Origin: Blastocladiella emersonii ATCC 22665
Taxonomy: Eukaryota > Fungi > Blastocladiomycota
Assembly: GCA_025594325.1 (NCBI GenBank)
Contig: JANHCV010000007.1
Coordinates: 310,001-374,000, forward strand
Direction: 5' to 3'
Length of the DNA stretch: 64,000 nt
This document shows positions 43,069-52,511 of this stretch, piece by piece (the first letter of the stretch is position 1; each line of letters opens with the position of its first letter). The notes under the pieces are model-generated. The model saw only the letters and a list, made by a program, of their open reading frames with translations. It ran no database searches and had not been told where the DNA came from. The translations under genes were made by a program, and so were the position numbers.

Positions 43069-45056
43069 CGCGCGCGCTAAGCCCGCGGCGAGCGAGTGGC
43101 ATTATTTGGTACGCGAAAGAGCCCGCCGCCGTTCGCAGAATCATGACGCATCGCTCAAACCTAGGGCAAGTGCTACGCAACGACTTCCGGCTGACGACAC
43201 TCCACGTGCCGCCAGGTCGTGCTGGGCCGCGCCGGGCCTCAGGTACTCGCCGTCGTCGTCGACGCTCAACTTCCCCTGCTTCAACTGCTTCAAGCGGCAG
43301 GGTGCCTCGACGTCAGTCGCTCCAGAACTGCGACGACTGCCGCCACCATCTCAATCGTCGCCTGCGGTCCATGGCCAAGCTCACGCTCAACGCGGTGCTC
43401 TCAACAATTGCAACTCGGCTTCTGCGACTCAAACTTCCGTGACAACACCACGCGCGCGTGGTGGTCTTCCCCATTGGTCGACGACCACCAAGCTCCGGCC
43501 AGCCACAACACGACACGACACGACGCGCCGCGCCGCGACGCGCAAAACCAGCTCAAGTCGGCGGCGAGCGTCACGCGGCGGAGTCGCAGGTCAACGTCAA
43601 CCTGGGACGTGTCGCGCTGGATCTCTCACTCGTACGAACATGGCCGATCACTCACCACTTGCTCGCTCGCCCTGCGCTCTGCGCTAGAAACCCATCCTGT
43701 GTGCCTCGACCGAGTACTCGCGCGAAACTCTTGCGAACGCTTCCGCTGCTGGCATGTCCGACGGCCATCGCGTTCGTCCGCGTCATGATCCCCCGCCTCA
43801 CGCTGTCAGCACTCCAAGTCGATCCAGATTATCATCATTCGCGCCCCGCAGACATTGTCGTGTTCGCGTTCGCCACCGCCGCTGCGTCAACAGTGGGAGA
43901 GGTGTTAGTACCACTCCGAAGGTACACTACCAATCTCCTGCCACCGCGTCGTCACGGGAAAATGACGCGTCGCTCGATTCTAGAGAAATGCAAGCTCCCG
44001 AGCGGAACATGGCCGGCCGAGGTCCGTTGGAGCGCGACAGCAGCAGCTACGACTACTCCAACGACTACTACAGCACGCACTCGGGCATGCATCTCGGGCC
44101 GCGAGCTCAAGGGCTACGACGACTCGGTGATCGTCAGCAACCTCGGCTTCGCGCAGAGGCGACGGCCACGAACTACACGATCAAGATGAACGGCGGGATC
44201 AACTGCGAGCCCATCACGATCCACAAGAGACGACGATCTACAGCATCAACGAGTCAACCAACACTCAGCAGCACTCGAGCAGCAGACCTGGAACGTGTCG
44301 CCTTCGTCTTTCCCTCCACCACACCCGTGCGCGCGAGTCCGTGATCGCTGACATCCGTTCTCCGGGACCAGTAGTAGATGGAAGCCGCGCTACCTCTCCT
44401 CGCTCACATCGATCCGACTCGTGTTCGCACGCTTTACCGCGTCTGACGACAAACTATCGCGTCGTCTCTCGCTCGATTAATAGCGGCCAGCTGCTCGCCT
44501 CGTACACGTACACGTACACGGACGGCCTTGGCTGCATCTTCACCACCGCTCCGAGTCATGTACGCGTCGACCTACACGAGGTCAAGCTCAAGGAGAACCG
44601 CGGCCGCGGGCGGATCACGCAGCAACTCGATGATATTGGTACGCGTGGCCGAGACGAGACAAGACCATCCGCATGGCGGCTCATACTGACTGAGTCGCGC
44701 GACTGCATCCGCCGTGTAGCCAACTCGACCAGCTTCGGGTTCTTCTTCCTCCTCCTCCTCCGCGCCTGGACTCGCCTCCATGCTCGGCACCGCCGCCGCG
44801 ACCAGCGGTGCTGCACGACAATGACGAGCACGTCGTGGTCATCATCCTTCTCGGCGCCCGTCTGCTTCGGCAATCTCGTCCAGCTTCGCACTCGCCATCG
44901 TCCAGCCCGACACGTGTTTGTGGCCCCGCACTGGCCGCCTCGCGCCGTGGCCATGGCCGCGAAGGGCACCGATTGCTCACGACCCGCGATATGACCGAGC
45001 TCGGAGCGCGCGACACGAGCCGACGACTCTCATCCATCGCCGAAACGGCTCCGGCT

Positions 45057-45142
45057 GCGCGACCCTTTGCGCAAAGGCGTTTGCGCAAACCCGGCCGCGG
45101 CGCCAGCTAAAGTGGCGCAGGGGTTTGCGCAAAGGGTCGCGC
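45057..45142. repeat. inverted repeat containing three TTTGCGCAAA palindromes
   Basis: Perfect 19-bp arms at 45057-45075 and 45124-45142; a third palindrome at 45080-45089. Confidence 0.85.
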
Positions 45143-45242
45143 GAACCGGGTCGGTGCCCTCGCCGTCTCAAAGTCCCCGCTCCCCACGCACGCATCGACC
45201 AGTATAAACCATGAATTTTCTGCTCCGGCGACTTGACGCAAC

Positions 45243-46100
45243 CTATTTATGAGCGATTGCCTGAGACTTTGACGCGGTGAAGAGAGGTTTTGCGCTTCGA
45301 CTCGTGTTTGACCCGTGAGACTGCGTCGCTCGCGAGCGCGAAACGCGTAAAGTCACCGATGGGTCAAAGTACGCGCCCGTCACGTAGTCGGGCCGGTTGG
45401 GGTGGCGCGTCGCGCTTGGCGGGGCGAGACCAAGACCGTCAAAGATGCCCTTGTTGTCGCTCACGTGGTAGTAGTCGCGGACCGCGGCGGGCACTGTCTC
45501 GGGGAAGCTGAGGAGGGTCTGCATCGCCTCGAGCGGGAACTGCTTGCGCAGGATGAACACAAGCGTCTTGCAAAGGCGCATGGTGCCGGTGACGAGGCAA
45601 ACGTGCGCGTTCATGACGGTGGCGGCGTAGTTGCGCGACGCGAACCGCTTGTGGCGGAAGGCCTTGTTGCTGACTGAGGGTACAGGGATCTGCTGCGCGT
45701 CCTTGATCTCGTCAAGGTGGGCCGGCGACAGGAGGCGCGCGTGATTGTAGGCGTCGTGCTCGTAGTTGTGCTGCAGCTCGAGGGCCAATTTGGAGAGGGC
45801 GGGAGCAGGAGGCGAGGGACCACGGCGTGCGCGTTTCGGACCGAGTTGATGTGGATCGTTGCAGCCATCACCGGGGGTGTCAGAGACTACCAATGGAACC
45901 TGCTCCGAGTGGTGGATGAGGGGCACAAGCGGGCGCGGTTGGGCGCTTGGACAAACAAGGGCAGGAGGTTGCAAACGCGTTACAAGCGGACGACGAGTGG
46001 AACCGGCCATAACCAGTTGAGGGTGACGGGAGGTCTGGATAAGAGCGGGAGCCCCGTGCAACGGGGTGACGAGCGAGGGCAGGGCGGGACCGTGCGCTGG
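45243..46100 (-). CDS. hypothetical protein (start uncertain)
   Basis: The C-terminal part of ORF 45243-46259 (KLALELQHNYEHDAY...) has coding-like codons; the N-terminal part of the ORF lies in the dispersed repeat. Confidence 0.4.
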   Translation of the reverse strand, partial: PAHGPALPSLVTPLHGAPALIQTSRHPQLVMAGSTRRPLVTRLQPPALVCPSAQPRPLVPLIHHSEQVPLVVSDTPGDGCNDPHQLGPKRARRGPSPPAPALSKLALELQHNYEHDAYNHARLLSPAHLDEIKDAQQIPVPSVSNKAFRHKRFASRNYAATVMNAHVCLVTGTMRLCKTLVFILRKQFPLEAMQTLLSFPETVPAAVRDYYHVSDNKGIFDGLGLAPPSATRHPNRPDYVTGAYFDPSVTLRVSRSRATQSHGSNTSRSAKPLFTASKSQAIAHK

Positions 46101-46863
46101 CGGTGAGAGTTCAGGGATCATTCGCGACGACGAAGTAGTGCGAGGAGGTGGATCTCGGTCGCCGTGTGTACGAGAAGACGAGAAGACAAGAAGACAAGAA
46201 GACGAGAAGACGAGATGACAAGAAGTCGAGAAGACGAGAAGACGGCGCGGCGCGACCACGGGACGTAACCTTCCGCGGCAGAGGTTCCCGATGATGGCAG
46301 CGGCACAAGACTAGAGAATAGATCCGCGGCCACGACTGGATCACGACCGCGAACCGACCCGACGCGGCGAAGAGGCAGAAGGTCCAGCACAACGAGGGTG
46401 CTGACCAACGCCAGGGCGCGGGCGGCGGCCGGTGCTTATTGTGGTCGTGGGCGAGGCGAGGCCGCTGCTGGCGGAGGTGGGCGAAGGGCGCCGAGCACTG
46501 CGGTGCGGCAGCGATGATCGAGTCGAACAGGTTGGGCAGATGATCTTGGGGCACGGCGCGAGCGGGCCGAGCGGGTTGGGGCACACGGCGCGGGATCATG
46601 GGGCGAGAAGCGCGCGAGCACGCGAGTTGAGGGTTGGTACACGGGCGGGGACGCAGCGCGTGATGCGCCGAGTGGCACAGCGGGTGAACACGGCCGAGAT
46701 GAGGAACACGGGGTAGCGGCGGAACGGGGCCGGAGCGCGTGAGAAGGCGCGATCGGGTGGTCGGCGGCGCCACATCACGTGCGATATGCGAGACAGCGTG
46801 CGAGACATAAAAAAGAGAGAGGAGGAAGCGTGTAGACAGGGAGCGAGCCACCCACTCACAGCG
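46098..46863. repeat. dispersed repeat, copy 2, with an expanded 8-bp unit (CGAGAAGA/CAAGAAGA x9, 46171-46242)
   Basis: Direct copy of 32277-33320, which has only two of these units. Confidence 0.85.
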
Positions 46864-46930
46864 CTCGAGGCGATGGCCGTCGCGGCAGGAGCGCGAGGCG
46901 TGGATCGATGAGTTCGTCTCAGTAAAGCTG

Positions 46931-47506
46931 TTAGAACCACGCGAAGAGTGGCGCGTCCACGATGGCGGCCGCGGTACGCTCGATGCGGTTCGGGTTGAGG
47001 AGCCGCTCGGCGAGCGAGCCGGCGACGCTGGCGCGGAGGCCGCCGCCAATCTCGGCTTCGGCGACCGCCGCGAAGGCGCTGCTGATGCGGGGAGCGGCGT
47101 TGTCGAGCGCCGCGGGGACGAGCGCGCGCAAAGCGGGACACGCGAACGCGTGCGTCTGCGTGTCGGCGACCTCGACACCAGTTTTGAGGCACTCGGCGCA
47201 GTTGGGCGACTCGTAGCGGTGCGGCCAGAACTGGTGCAGACGGGCCCGGGTCGGCAGCTGGCCCGCGAGTGCGCGGAGCTGGAAGCTCAGGAGCGAGTTT
47301 GCAGCGAGGGATTCACTCGGGCGGGCGCGACGCGGGCCGCCCCAAAGCGCGGTGGCGAGGGCTGGGACGTCGATGGGTGCGGGCGCGACGCCAGCGGCCG
47401 CGGTCAGGGCGAGCAGCGAGTCGTGTCGCGCGAAGGGAATATTCGCACAGCACGAAAGTTCAAGCAGCGCCGCGTTGACTCGAACACGACGCACTCGAGA
47501 CATCAC
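46931..47506 (-). mobile_element. non-LTR retrotransposon (LINE) ORF2 C-terminal fragment with a zf-RVT-like zinc finger
   Basis: LRALAGQLPTRARLHQFWPHRYESPNCAEC...DTQTHAFAC matches the LPT...CxxC...ExxxH...C pattern that follows RT in LINEs. No RT or endonuclease is present. Confidence 0.7.
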
Positions 47507-47702
47507 GATATGAACCTTCTATTTCCTGTCTTTGACGTGACATATTGCGCTGACTGCGGGTACCGCCAGGCTCCAAGCTCTCGAGCTCACTTTTGCGGAA
47601 ACAGGCCATACTATGTCCGTAGAAACGTTTGTCTTATTCTATAGCTCGGCAAAAAGGACACAAGCGCCGGCTTTCACACAAAATTCATGACGCGTCGATC
47701 AA

Positions 47703-48914
47703 TCAGGGCAGGTAGAGCACTCCGCTGCCTGCATCATCGCGCGCGTCAGAAGCAGTCGAGCAAGTCGGACTCGAAGGATCCGCGGCAATAGGCGACGATG
47801 GGAGAATGAGCTCGTCACGGGCCTCGCCTGGAAGGAAAAGTTCGGGGGCCTCGTCAGCGCGGGCGGGAAGGTAAAGCGAAGCCGAGTCGCCATCCTCGCT
47901 GCGCGCAAGCTGCGCGGGAAGGACGGGCGCGTCGTGCTTGACGGGAGCAGCGAGATCATCGACCTTGAGCGTGGCCGCGCTGGCAGCCGCCGCGATAGCC
48001 ACGTCGGAGTCGTTTTTGACTGCTGCGGGATCCGCGACACGTGCATGGACAGTCGAAGTCGCGTCAGTCCGAGTGGAAGCGGCAGCATGCGTCGTGGTGG
48101 CGATGGAGGACGATGCAGGGCTCGCCGGCTTGGCGGGCATCGAATCGACCCCACCGCGGAGCTTGGCCTCGGCTGCTTGGGCCCGACGACGGTAAAGAAA
48201 GATTCCAATCGCCGCGAGAATCAAGGCCACGGCAGCGATGGCGAGCGCGATGTAAATGGCGATCGAGTGCGAGGTACCATCAAGCGCAGGAACGGATGCG
48301 GGCGCTGGAACACTCGGCGTGGCGGTCGGGCTCAAGGTGGCCGTCGTTGAGGAAGCCGACGCGGTCGATGGTGAAGGGTTTGGAGTCGTCACAGTCGCTG
48401 AAGTAGTAGTGGTTGAGGAAGCCGACGAGGAGCGCGTTGCAGTCGTGACGGGAGGGCATACAAAATGAAGATCCATCCGTACGACAATGAGCTCGGGGTC
48501 CACCGCGGTAGGATTGTAGCTCGTAAGGAAGCAGTTCTTGAGTTGAGAATCGTCCTGTTGACGCCAGAAGCCGCGCGAGCTTGACTCGGAGCGGATTCCT
48601 CGGCCTGTGTACTCAATCTGCGTGATGCCCGTGTCGTCCCAACCAATAACAAGAGAGTTGATACCGTCCGACAGATTAGGTCCGGTGACTGCGCCCTGGT
48701 TCGACTTGAACGGATTGTGAGCACATATCGGTTGAAGTGGTGTCATAAGGTGGCCCTTGGTCCAGAGGATGCCCAGTGCCGTCACATACGAGCCAGGAGC
48801 AGACATCACACAGTCGTCCGGAGCAGACGCCGTCTGCTGTGAGCCAGGGTCCAGGCCGACGATAGCGTCACGAGTCGGGCCGGTTTTCGGAACAAAGGAT
48901 CGATCCGAGGACAT
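47703..48914 (-). CDS. single-pass membrane protein, LYLP-tail family member 3
   Basis: 403 aa with the same 4-Cys domain, Ser/Thr stalk, TM helix and AEAKLR; tail contains LYLP, LFLP, LILP and VLYLP*. Confidence 0.8.
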   Translation of the reverse strand: MSSDRSFVPKTGPTRDAIVGLDPGSQQTASAPDDCVMSAPGSYVTALGILWTKGHLMTPLQPICAHNPFKSNQGAVTGPNLSDGINSLVIGWDDTGITQIEYTGRGIRSESSSRGFWRQQDDSQLKNCFLTSYNPTAVDPELIVVRMDLHFVCPPVTTATRSSSASSTTTTSATVTTPNPSPSTASASSTTATLSPTATPSVPAPASVPALDGTSHSIAIYIALAIAAVALILAAIGIFLYRRRAQAAEAKLRGGVDSMPAKPASPASSSIATTTHAAASTRTDATSTVHARVADPAAVKNDSDVAIAAAASAATLKVDDLAAPVKHDAPVLPAQLARSEDGDSASLYLPARADEAPELFLPGEARDELILPSSPIAADPSSPTCSTASDARDDAGSGVLYLP

Positions 48915-49717
48915 GTCGTAGTCAGAGGTGTCAAGTTCAATAACTTAGCGGCCAGTCCATATGCTTCATGTAAGTTGAGGCGCCGAAGTAGAGCGTCGTC
49001 GGGGAGGGAGAGAGAGAGAGGGAGCTGAAGCGGGCGGCGGGCCGAACTTGACGGAGCGACGGCGAACAAGGCCGGGCGGCTCGAGCGGCCCACGCGGGCA
49101 GCCGTCCAGGCGCCGTCCGTGCAAACCGCCGGCGAGATCGGCGGTCAGCTCCGCTCGGCACACGTGCAAACCGCCGGCATCACTCGAGAGTCACGCCCAT
49201 CAAGACGCACGTGGGCCCTGCAGCTCGACGCGACGTGCGACGCGTCGCGTGATAGCGACAGGAGAACAAAGCGAGCTGCGAACCGATCAACGATGCAAAC
49301 GTGAAGCGGGCGAGCACGCCGTGGGCTCGCTGGCAAGGAAGGGAAGCGGGGCTGTCGACGCTAGTGGCACATAGAGAGCACTGTGCTGGGAGTCCCTCGT
49401 GCCGTGTCGCTGCTCAAGTTCTGACGTGCCGCTTCGGGGAGACCAGCTCTTGCCCGCGATGCGAGGGCGAACTCGTCGAGCGTCCAAGCGACGCAGCCAA
49501 GTCGCTCGCGCACCACTCACAGCATAAATGCGGCAAGTCTCATCGCAAATCCATTCGACTCCATCACACCCTTCCTCGCCGCCCGCCGCGAAGCGCGAAC
49601 AGTGAGACCACGGGAGCTGTGGCGCCCCGCTTGCTCGCGTGAGTCACGGCAACGCGTCGCTCATGAACCCGCGCGCGGCTTGCCCCCGGCTCTCGCTCCC
49701 CCTCGCGTTTCGCGTCC

Positions 49718-50605
49718 ATGAATCACACCGCGCCCGCCATGCCGACCAAGTCCAAGCACTCCACGCAGAAGAAGCCGCACCACGCCGTCGCTGTCGCCGC
49801 TGCCACGTCGGCGCTGTGCACGCAACCGCCGCCCCCGCCGTGTGTCGCGGCCGCATCGGCGGCGCCAACGCGGTCTCGCCCATCGGCAGTTGCCGGTAAG
49901 ACCGGTTACGTCGCTCCGACTTCGTGCACGCCCCCGCCGCCCCCGCCTCCTGCCACATCGGCGCCGCCGTCGCGGTCTCACCCGCCACCGGCTGCCGCGG
50001 CTAAGACCGGCGGGACCAATGGCGGCGGGACCAAGGGCGGCGGCACCAAGCCCGCGACGCTGCTCCCGTCGCCGGCGTCGTCGGTCCCGAGCTCGCCGCC
50101 GCCGCGCACGTCGTCGTCCATTTCGTTTACGGCGTGGGCGCGCGAGGACGCCGACGCCGATGACGTTCCACCAACCCCGTCCCCGCAGAAGCACCACTCC
50201 AAGCCGAAACCCCGCCACCGCCGCCGCCCCGCGCGCCGCCCCCTCCCGCGCCGCGCGACGCGCTCAACAATCACGGACCCGGTCTTCGCCTCAGCCGTCG
50301 CGTACGCGCGGTCCCTCCTCGCGCGCGGGATCCGCGTGTCGCTGTGCGACCAGCCGGTGAGCGCGGCGCGGATCGACGTGGTGGATTTCGTGCAGACGCA
50401 GCTGTTCGAGTGGCGGCACCCGGACCTGTACCCGGTGGGCGAGGGGACGGTCTGCCTGTGCCGGTGCCGCACCGCATGGGAGCGGATGGGCGCGCAGCTG
50501 GCCGCGTTCGAGTTTGCGTGTCACTCGCACCCGACGTGTTTCGACGGGTGTCGCGAGGATGCGGTCGAGGTGGTGGCGAGTATGGCGGAAGAGGACGAGC
50601 TGTAA
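49718..50605 (+). CDS. hypothetical protein (Pro-rich N-terminus, Cys/His-containing C-terminal domain)
   Basis: 295-aa ORF with GC3-rich codons in the C-terminal domain; convergent with the sorting nexin gene. Confidence 0.55.
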   Translation: MNHTAPAMPTKSKHSTQKKPHHAVAVAAATSALCTQPPPPPCVAAASAAPTRSRPSAVAGKTGYVAPTSCTPPPPPPPATSAPPSRSHPPPAAAAKTGGTNGGGTKGGGTKPATLLPSPASSVPSSPPPRTSSSISFTAWAREDADADDVPPTPSPQKHHSKPKPRHRRRPARRPLPRRATRSTITDPVFASAVAYARSLLARGIRVSLCDQPVSAARIDVVDFVQTQLFEWRHPDLYPVGEGTVCLCRCRTAWERMGAQLAAFEFACHSHPTCFDGCREDAVEVVASMAEEDEL

Positions 50606-50629
50606 ATATATTCTTCGAAGCCCAGAACA

Positions 50630-52276
50630 TCAGCTCGCGAGCTGCGACCGCAGCGCGCCCCAGACATCCCCCGTCATACGGTGCTCGACGTCCGCCTCGG
50701 CGCGCGCCCACGCCGCGAGCGTCTCGTTGAGGTCTTCCGCGCGGTGCTGCTCGGCGACGGGCCAGTCGCGCGCGAGGAGGTCGGACGCGGTGCGGAACTG
50801 GACGCGCAGGAGGTTCTCGTGGGCCTTGATGGCGTCGAATTTCGCGAGCGCCTCGCCGACCTTGGACTCGACGGGGCGGCCCGCACGCAGCTTGTCCATC
50901 TTGCGCTTGTGCCGCTCGGTCGCGCGGCACGACTCGTCGTACGCGTCCAGGACTTGGAGGCGGTGGTCGAGCGCGGCCTGTGGGGAGGGGATCGTGGGTG
51001 AGCGCGCGTTCGAGGCTGGGTGAGGAGGAAAGCGTACCTGAGCGTTCCCACACGCCGTAAGCGCGACCGCGAGCCGGTCATGCAGGACGGTCCCCTCCGT
51101 CGCCGCGCGCTCGCTGCACAGGTCCGTCGCGAGCTGGAGCCGGCGGCTCAGCTTATGCCACGCGCCAGCGAGCGCGGGCTGCGGCTCGGCGGCGCCCATG
51201 GCCGCAGCCTTGACGCTCACATCGCCCAGAGCGGCGGCCATGGCGCGGTGCGCGGCGGCCAGCTTGTCGGCCGACTTGCCGAGCGCCTTGAGGCAGAACT
51301 CGAGCTCGGCCGACTTGTCCTTGCGCTGCTCGAACTCGGCGTCAATGTCTTTCGGGCCCGTCGACACGAGCGCGCGCAGTTTGCCTGACCACGACGGCGA
51401 CGCGACGCGGACGGACGTGGCTTGGTCCGCGGGGCCGTCGGCGGGTTCGGGCGGCGGCGGGTCAAACTAGGCGCAGGAGTTAGTCGATGCAGTCGACGCG
51501 CTGTGCGGTGAGAGTCGTGCGTACGACAGCAGCCGAGGTAAAGAACGTGACAGTCCCCGCGTTCGCGGCGAACACGGGGTGGCGCAGCACGCGCGCGAGG
51601 AACTTTTCGACCGACCGCGTGTAGGCGCGCTCGAGCGCGCGCGCGGGCGGCGACACGATGGGCGGGAGCGCCGGGACCAGGTTCGTCGCGTACGTCTTGG
51701 ACAGGTGCGTGCACAGGCGCTCCATGTCTAAACGCGTGCGGGCGTGGTAAAATTGGGCGAGGGTGAAGAGGGGATGAGGAGTCGGTACCCTTGTGCGACC
51801 GCTCGTTGGCAAACGACGGCGGGTACGACGTCGTGAGGGTCGTCTACACATCCCTCAATCGTGAGCACACACAAACCCACCACCCATACTCGCAGACCGC
51901 GTACCTGCGCCGAGAACCGAACCATCAGCTCGCTCCCCGCCCACCGCGCGCCGCCGACCGCGACAACCGCGTCAAACGACTTTTCGTACAGCCGCAGCAG
52001 CGGGTTCACGGGCCCCGCCGGGAGCAAAGGCGACACGGACTCGTCGCGCGCGCCAATCGGGCTGCTGCCATGGACAGGTGACGGCGAGCCGGACCCTGAC
52101 GCGCTGAGCGTTGCCGGGTGCGGGCCAGGCGCCGGCTGCGGCGTGATGGCGCCTGTGCGCGGGTCCGGAGTCGCGGCGGCGGCGGCGACGGGAACGAAGG
52201 CGGGGCTCGCCGCGGGGGCGGGGGCCGCGGGCATCGCGGGCGCGGGCGCGCCTGGGGCGCCGGAGAGAGGATCCAT
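50630..52276 (-). CDS. PX-BAR sorting nexin (Vps5/Vps17-SNX5/6-like)
   Basis: Spliced model with four ~60-nt introns gives PX-like RSHKDMERLCTHLSKTYATNLVPALPP...EKFLARVLRHPVF and BAR-like KDIDAEFEQRKDKSAELE helices. Confidence 0.75.
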
Positions 52277-52511
52277 GGCAGTGAGGGTGTTGAGGGTTGC
52301 GAGGGAGAGAGGGGAGGCGCGCGGCGCCAAGAGAGCGAGCGGAAGCGAAACGTGAACGGCGCGCGCGCCTGCGTCACATGACGCTTTTTTTTCTCCTCTC
52401 TTGCGCCTGCGGTCGGCCGCTCCTTGTCGGTCCCTTCCCTTCCCGCCCTCTCCTCTCTCTCTTCTTGCAAACCCGTGAACCAGCAACGTATCGACGCCCC
52501 ACGCACGCACC

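Noticed and set aside
43069-45050. Protein-coding genes downstream of the 3' LTR
   Set aside because: Only short protein-like patches in shifting frames; could be a decayed gene, but no model or family can be supported.
45057-45142. Helitron 3' terminus
   Set aside because: The hairpin is not followed by CTRR, and no TC 5' end or Rep/helicase was found.
32070-46242. CRISPR-like arrays (15-bp and 8-bp tandem units)
   Set aside because: Head-to-tail units without unique spacers, eukaryotic context, and no cas genes.
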